From the IMG/VR virus record IMGVR_UViG_3300042350_005891: a DNA stretch of 20,000 bases; one strand, given 5' to 3'. A model generated the notes under the pieces. The model had not been told where the DNA came from. It made no database searches and saw nothing but the letters and a program-made list of their open reading frames with translations. Both the position numbers and the translations under genes were made by a program. Origin of the DNA: an uncultured virus (IMG/VR IMGVR_UViG_3300042350_005891) (lineage: Duplodnaviria; Heunggongvirae; Uroviricota; Caudoviricetes). Shown in pieces: positions 15,300-20,000 of the stretch (positions are counted from its first letter, which is position 1; each line of letters opens with the position of its first letter).

Positions 15300-15362
15300 T
15301 TTGTTTCGTTTCCTTTCGGTTGTTTCCCCCTCCCCCCTCCCCTATCGGGGAGCGTTGGAGGG

Positions 15363-15399
15363 ACAACCCCTATACGCACCCCCTCCCCCACCCCCCTTG
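15363..15399 (-). promoter_or_regulatory. Promoter-like motif copy 2: CAAGGGGG-N15-CGTATAGGGGTTGT
   Basis: Matches copy 1; AT-rich tract 15421-15454 lies upstream. Confidence 0.5.
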
Positions 15400-15447
15400 C
15401 GGAAAATTCCAAATACCGTGTATGTACTTAAAAAATTAAATTTATTT

Positions 15448-15852
15448 TTATTTTGGCAGACCAATTGTAACGCCAAGCTTGGTCGCAAACTTCCAGCTCT
15501 CAACAGGCACCCACTGCGGGCAGACAATAAACTTAACGCCGTAGCGGGCGGCTTCCAGGATGCACCGCTTGCAGGGCGGATAGGTTACGGCGAGGAGAAA
15601 CGGTTCGCCGGGAACTGCGTAGGCCAGTGCGTTGGTCTCCGCGTGTACCATAAAATCCCGGCGGTACTCACGATCTGAAGACTCTTTGGCGTCGAGATCA
15701 AAACCGGGAGGGTATCCGTTATATCCAACCCCACAGACTGAGCCGTCTTCTCTAAGAACTGCTGCACCGACCTGGACGAACTTGTCGACGCTGGCGAGTC
15801 TGGCTGCTTCGGCGAGTCGGAGGGCGAGTTCAATCCACTTGAGCTTTGGCAT
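15448..15852 (-). CDS. dCMP deaminase (cytidine/deoxycytidylate deaminase family)
   Basis: S.D...QVGA, GYNG.P.G, HAETNA and PPCKRC zinc motifs. Confidence 0.92.
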   Translation of the reverse strand: MPKLKWIELALRLAEAARLASVDKFVQVGAAVLREDGSVCGVGYNGYPPGFDLDAKESSDREYRRDFMVHAETNALAYAVPGEPFLLAVTYPPCKRCILEAARYGVKFIVCPQWVPVESWKFATKLGVTIGLPK

Positions 15853-16441
15853 AGATCAGGTTTTCGCTGGTCCGGGCTTCCACAATCTCGCTGAAACCCT
15901 GGGCGGTTAAAGTCGAATCAAAAAACTCGCGGTCCTGGTTGTTCCACTCAAGGCAAATCAGGGAGGTCTTGAGGGCGTTTAGGTCCAAAAGCGGCAGGAT
16001 CGTTTTCACCGTGTTTTCGGTATCCAGCGATATAAAGTCGAAAGTCTTGTGGATCGAGGTTTCCAGGAGCATCGGCACCGTGATCATCCTTACCTTGATC
16101 GGGGTAAACGTGGCTCCGCTATTTTTCCACTTCTCAACCCAGGTAGGGTCGGTGGTCGAAACCGCCCAGTCGCCCGAATCGAAGAACTCAACCTCGCCGG
16201 CCTTGTCTCCGACGCATTCCATGACCAGCTGCATCTTGGGATCGCCGTCTATGGCATCGAGGAAAGCCTGGTGAAGCGACGGGGAGGGCTCGACATAGAC
16301 GCCCTTGAAACCCCGCTCCCACAGGGCCCGGGTGTTCGAGAACTTGGTCGGGTGAAAGGCCCCGATGTCCAGGAACGTCCCGGCAGGCTTACCCTCAAAA
16401 TGTTTGAGGATCGTCCGCTCTTCGTCGTTCTGGGAATACAC
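15830..16441 (-). CDS. FkbM-family SAM-dependent methyltransferase
   Basis: YSQNDEE, FLDIGAFHPTKFSNT, GVYVEPSP, FDFISLDTE, LICLE, NLIY; GTG start at 16441. Confidence 0.88.
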   Translation of the reverse strand: MYSQNDEERTILKHFEGKPAGTFLDIGAFHPTKFSNTRALWERGFKGVYVEPSPSLHQAFLDAIDGDPKMQLVMECVGDKAGEVEFFDSGDWAVSTTDPTWVEKWKNSGATFTPIKVRMITVPMLLETSIHKTFDFISLDTENTVKTILPLLDLNALKTSLICLEWNNQDREFFDSTLTAQGFSEIVEARTSENLIYAKAQVD

Positions 16442-16443
16442 GG

Positions 16444-17031
16444 TCAGGTCCCGGGCTGGCAGAGCGTGCCCTGCGAAGTCCAGTTGTAGTGGTGCAGAAC
16501 CTTGTCGATGTGGTGGCTCGTCTTGGCGTGGGGCCAAAGCTGCTGGAGCCAGTAGACGTCCTCACCGTGGTACTGGTCGGAGAACTTGGCTGACTTGGCC
16601 AGGAAGGTGTCCCACACGCAGACCTGGTACGGCGGGCGGGTGATGTCTTTGCCGGTCCAAAGGTCGATCGTGGGGTGGCCGAGCTTGAAAGTCACCTCGG
16701 CCTCCTTGCCGTCGATGCTGGCCTTTTGCCGGAAAGTGATGACATCAACCTGGTGGGCGTCGATCGCCGCGGTGATCTCCTTGATGTAGTCGGGGCTGAC
16801 CCAGTCATCATCGTCGACGTAGGCAAGGTATTTGCCGATCGCGCAGGCAAGTAGCCGCTGGCGTTTGAGGCCCGACGAGCACTTGAGATTGTCGCCGATC
16901 CAGAGGACTTCGACGTCGTCGCGTTTGGCCTCCTCGATCTGGGCGCAGAGGTAGTCGATGAGTTTCTTACACTGCTCGGGCCGCTTGGTGGTGGTTCCGA
17001 CCAGCACGCTGAATGAGGGTTGTTTTGTCAT
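16444..17031 (-). CDS. GT2/GT-A glycosyltransferase
   Basis: SVLVGT, G.KRQ.LL..A.GKYLAYVDDDDWVSPDY, GED..W, I.KVL.HY. Confidence 0.88.
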   Translation of the reverse strand: MTKQPSFSVLVGTTTKRPEQCKKLIDYLCAQIEEAKRDDVEVLWIGDNLKCSSGLKRQRLLACAIGKYLAYVDDDDWVSPDYIKEITAAIDAHQVDVITFRQKASIDGKEAEVTFKLGHPTIDLWTGKDITRPPYQVCVWDTFLAKSAKFSDQYHGEDVYWLQQLWPHAKTSHHIDKVLHHYNWTSQGTLCQPGT

Positions 17032-17717
17032 GTGAGTAGGTGTGCGTTCCTTTTGTTGTAGATGGCCTCGCCATACTGGTAGGCCGGTTTGGAGTTTGCC
17101 CGGTCGTAGACTTCGTCCGAAGGCTTGCCGGTCAAAAAGGGATGGTCGTGGACAAAGCCGGGGATGATCGGAACATCCACACGCTGGCCGAACCTGCGGG
17201 TGCGGAGCGACAGGTCGGTGTCGACATACACATGCCGGTACTCGGGGTGGTAGAAGTTGCCGTTAAGCTCGTAGAGCTTGCGGGTGATCAGGGGAAAGCA
17301 TACCAGGTCGAAATTAGGCGGGCGTCCGGGATGGTCGGGGAGCGAGAGCATTTTGGGGTCGTCCAGGTGCGGGCCCATGACCTCGCGGAACCAGGCATCC
17401 CAGTGGTAGGGACCGTACCAGTCGTCGGCCATCTGGAAGAGCAGGTCGCCCCTGGCTTTGCCGGCCATCATGTTCATCGCCATGCAAAGAGTACCGCCTT
17501 CCTGGGAGACGTCCCAGGTCGGGGGCGGCACAACCACATGGTCGAACGCCTTCAACTCCTCGCAGGACTTGTCGTCCTCGTCGACTCCAAAGATCCACTC
17601 GATCAGGTCGGGACGGTGCGCCATCTCCATCCAGTTGCTTTTCCGGGCCAACGCTTCCTTGCATCGGCGCGTCGGGTGGAGGACCGAGATTACTATGTCA
17701 GGACTTTTGCTGCTCAC
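17028..17717 (-). CDS. GT-A fold glycosyltransferase
   Basis: ISVLHPTR, GVDEDD, N......GDLLFQMADD, FYHPEYRHVYVDTD, HDHP. Confidence 0.82.
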   Translation of the reverse strand: MSSKSPDIVISVLHPTRRCKEALARKSNWMEMAHRPDLIEWIFGVDEDDKSCEELKAFDHVVVPPPTWDVSQEGGTLCMAMNMMAGKARGDLLFQMADDWYGPYHWDAWFREVMGPHLDDPKMLSLPDHPGRPPNFDLVCFPLITRKLYELNGNFYHPEYRHVYVDTDLSLRTRRFGQRVDVPIIPGFVHDHPFLTGKPSDEVYDRANSKPAYQYGEAIYNKRNAHLLT

Positions 17718-18411
17718 TTACCGGATTCTCCTTGAGGTGCTTGAAGAACTTGTCCACATCGGCCCAGTAGTTGAAGGTTCCGATATGCCCGACGGTCAGG
17801 GTCGGATCGATGAAGATCTTGATGCCGTGGTTGACCAGCTTCTCGCAAACGATGAAGTCCTCCGACAAAAGCTCGCGGCCCTGCCAAATGCCGATCTCAA
17901 AGACGTTGGAACCGACGACCCCCTGGATCTCGTACTTCTTTTCGTTCTCCCAAAGGGTCGTGTAGGCCCGGCGGCTCATCCGAAGGAAGCCTGTCCCAAG
18001 CCGGCGCACCTCGATGAGTCCTTTGTCATTGGGCTCATAGGGCTTGTCCTTGAAAAGCTGGAAGTTGAACTGGACGTTGTCCGGGATCTTCTTTCGGCAG
18101 GCCGAGCCGACCACGTCGACGTCATGCTTGAGCAACTGGCGGATCGCATCGGGTTCCCAGACCATGTCGTTGTCGATCCAGATAATGTCGTCGGGCTTGC
18201 GCTTGTATGCCTCGTTGAGAAGCGTGTTACGAGCCAACGGTAGCAGGGACTGGTTTTCAAGAATCTCGGATTCGAGGGCGATGCCTTCGGCCAGCAGTTC
18301 GATCGTCGAGGTGAGGAGCGAGCGGTGAAACCCTGCGGCCACCATGCCGCCGTAAGCCGGGGTCAGCACCATCACGCTACGCATGTTCATTCCTAGGTCG
18401 GGTATGTTCAT
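17698..18411 (-). CDS. GT-A fold glycosyltransferase (phage TPxYGG type)
   Basis: TPAYGG, SLLPLARN.L, WIDNDMVW.P, GTGFL.MSR, LSEDF..C, IDP.....HIG; start at ATGA 18408-18411. Confidence 0.85.
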   Translation of the reverse strand: MNIPDLGMNMRSVMVLTPAYGGMVAAGFHRSLLTSTIELLAEGIALESEILENQSLLPLARNTLLNEAYKRKPDDIIWIDNDMVWEPDAIRQLLKHDVDVVGSACRKKIPDNVQFNFQLFKDKPYEPNDKGLIEVRRLGTGFLRMSRRAYTTLWENEKKYEIQGVVGSNVFEIGIWQGRELLSEDFIVCEKLVNHGIKIFIDPTLTVGHIGTFNYWADVDKFFKHLKENPVSEQQKS

Positions 18412-18602
18412 TTCTTTTTCCTTTTCTTTTTCGTCAGGTTGTATGGGTTGACCGGCGCACCGAGCGGGGCCGTCTTCCATTTGCCGAAGTTCGAGGTCGA
18501 GCCGTATCCGGTTTTCAATTCTGTGCGGGCCGCGGGGTAGGCATCAAGGTAAAGCGAGAACACCCACCCGAACAACTTCACGGTAATATCAAATCCTCTC
18601 AT
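18408..18602 (-). CDS. Hypothetical protein, 64 aa, with basic tail
   Basis: ATGA coupling at both ends. Confidence 0.6.
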   Translation of the reverse strand: MRGFDITVKLFGWVFSLYLDAYPAARTELKTGYGSTSNFGKWKTAPLGAPVNPYNLTKKKRKKK

Positions 18603-19192
18603 GCCGATTCCTCCGTTACCACCTTGTCAAAGCCAGGTTCCTCGGCGTGCCAGGTTTCCGACTGCACCCGCAGCCAACTGGGTTTGCCTTGCGCTTTGAC
18701 GAAGCTCGACTCTTTCCAAAGGATGTTGTTGTTCGGAACGCAGGTGTACCGACCGTTTGACAACGCGATAAAGTTATGAGACTTGGTTTGACTCGGCTCC
18801 AAAGAGTAGGAGTCTTCATAAGGCTCAGCCGTAAAAACATAATGACCCGAAGCCCAATTCTGCCGCTTGGCGATCCACACATCGACGTCGAGTTCCCGGA
18901 GGTAGTCGTAACGGATCGGCGAGAAGTTGTAGCCGAAACAGTCCCACCGCTGTGCGTCACCGATTTCCCATTTGGTGTCGAAACCCACACGGTCGTGGCA
19001 AAGGGCATGGAGTGGGAGACCGCGGTAAACAGCGCCGGCCTTGAGCATCACCGAGCAACCCCACGCACGGTGCGGAGTGGAGAGCAGACCGAACCAAACG
19101 CCTTCCTCCCAGCCTTCGGCCTCGCCGTTACTCATAATTGATTTGTCGACCCAGCAGTATTGGTGCTGGGGAAGATTTGCTGCGTATATCAT
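18599..19192 (-). CDS. Conserved phage protein of unknown function, 197 aa
   Basis: ANLP, GA.Y..LP..A, WDCF, Y.FT, K....I.L.NG.....PNN.ILW...SF motifs recalled from a widespread aquatic-phage family. Confidence 0.75.
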   Translation of the reverse strand: MIYAANLPQHQYCWVDKSIMSNGEAEGWEEGVWFGLLSTPHRAWGCSVMLKAGAVYRGLPLHALCHDRVGFDTKWEIGDAQRWDCFGYNFSPIRYDYLRELDVDVWIAKRQNWASGHYVFTAEPYEDSYSLEPSQTKSHNFIALSNGRYTCVPNNNILWKESSFVKAQGKPSWLRVQSETWHAEEPGFDKVVTEESA

Positions 19193-19254
19193 TTGCGTGC
19201 CGCAGAGTGTCTCAATTCAATTGACCTTTGGCAAGGAATTTCTAGTTTCATTAT

Positions 19255-19440
19255 ATGAATAACAACTGGGACTGGGAACAGTACGGGCGGCTCATGCGGG
19301 GTGAGAACGAACGACCGGACATTCAATGCAAACTGTGTGGTAGCCACAAGTCGGTACAGCAGGTCGTCTGCTCGGTCTGTTTCGAGCAAGTTATAGACAG
19401 CCGCAACGGGGCCTACCCGGAACGCATGGTTAGGGTCTGA
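19255..19440 (+). CDS. Small Cys4 zinc-binding protein, 61 aa
   Basis: CKLC-x10-CSVC; upstream TTGACC(19221-19226)-16-TAGTTT(19243-19248) places the predicted +1 at the ATG. Confidence 0.5.
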   Translation: MNNNWDWEQYGRLMRGENERPDIQCKLCGSHKSVQQVVCSVCFEQVIDSRNGAYPERMVRV

Positions 19441-19505
19441 TTTACTTTGTAAATACATATTTGCTTAGCTCTAAATGGTGGCAGTCTCTACAAAATCTAC
19501 TCACT

Positions 19506-19850
19506 AGTGGGTAGTATACCCACTCGGGGGTACTCCAAACCCCTTCAGGGTGGTAGTATACCCCCACCCCAGGACAAACACCCCCCACCCCTTTTTGTCA
19601 GGGTCCTACTTCTGTATCTCTTTTATTTTTAAATATATATAAGATATATAAATAAAGGGGGTGGGAGGGGGTCCCACTGGGTGGGGGTAGTTTGACTTAG
19701 TCCGCCAACACAAAATAAAAACACGCGAAAACGCAACAGCCGCGTGGCAACGAAGTTCAAAATGGCCCCCACCACCCCCACCCCTACACCCTCGATTCTA
19801 CGAATCTTTGTCCTTCAACAACTTACCCAAAAACCATGGGGTGGGGGTAT
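19506..19850. repeat. Origin-like non-coding region: AT-rich core flanked by CCCCCACCC repeats, plus a 12-bp direct repeat
   Basis: GGTAGTATACCC at 19510 and 19552; CCCCCACCC at 19561, 19582 and 19775 and inverted at 19679 and 19839; 36-bp stretch 19621-19656 has a single G. Confidence 0.6.
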
Positions 19851-20000
19851 CTATGGCAATAGTTTCCTGATTACTTCAACAGGTATAATATCTGTTCCAA
19901 TACGTTCACCATCAATAGCTGCCCCTGCGGTTATCCCAACCAGTTGACCGTTGGCCAAAAATACAGCCCCTCCCGAGTACCCGGGTCTAGGCTTCGCCGA
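19851..20000 (-). CDS. C-terminus of a trypsin-like serine protease (5' truncated)
   Basis: Manual translation SAKPRPGYSGGAVFLANGQLVGITAG...IIPVEVIRKLLP*; catalytic-Ser motif G-x-S-G-G plus the G.LVGI and IP...I..LL patterns. Confidence 0.8.
   Translation of the reverse strand, partial: SAKPRPGYSGGAVFLANGQLVGITAGAAIDGERIGTDIIPVEVIRKLLP

Noticed and set aside
16049..18328. + strand ORFs 16049..16489, 17040..17735 and 17458..18243
   Set aside because: Antisense shadows of the well-supported methyltransferase and glycosyltransferase genes.
19189..19458. 89-aa - strand ORF
   Set aside because: Competes with the + strand Cys4 ORF, which has a zinc motif and a matching promoter. Not fully excluded, because its stop forms an ATGA overlap with 18599..19192.
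19744..19947. 67-aa + strand ORF
   Set aside because: Translates the C-rich repeats and is antisense to the protease C-terminus.
1..20000. tRNA genes, CRISPR array, integrase/att, introns or stop-codon recoding
   Set aside because: No cloverleaf, regularly spaced repeat array or recombinase motif was seen; recognisable genes are intact in the standard bacterial code.

Overview
The window is a 20-kb segment of a tailed dsDNA bacteriophage genome; no integrase, tRNA, rRNA or CRISPR array is seen. From left to right: (i) 1-2821, + strand, the end of a late/virion module with Ala/Gly-rich internal-virion-like proteins and a 423-aa beta-rich structural protein. (ii) 2814-14166, a long, tightly coupled - strand early/middle block with many small ORFans, rIIA/rIIB, a GP88-type radical-SAM-like protein, a putative histone-fold protein and an Ogg2-like HhH glycosylase-fold protein. 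(iii) 14196-15450, a control region with a lone + strand small-terminase-like gene, a basic gene with its own putative promoter and terminator, two copies of a promoter-like motif and G/C-tract repeats. (iv) 15448-19192, a coupled - strand operon with three GT-A glycosyltransferases, an FkbM methyltransferase and a dCMP deaminase. (v) 19441-19850, an origin-like non-coding region, followed by the C-terminus of a trypsin-like protease. The most unusual signals are a covarying two-hairpin element with a GAUGA loop, repeated at identical spacing between early genes (about 10004-10050 and 12747-12793), and the radical-SAM/histone-like/HhH cluster. All family assignments come from motifs recognised by eye; no searches were run.
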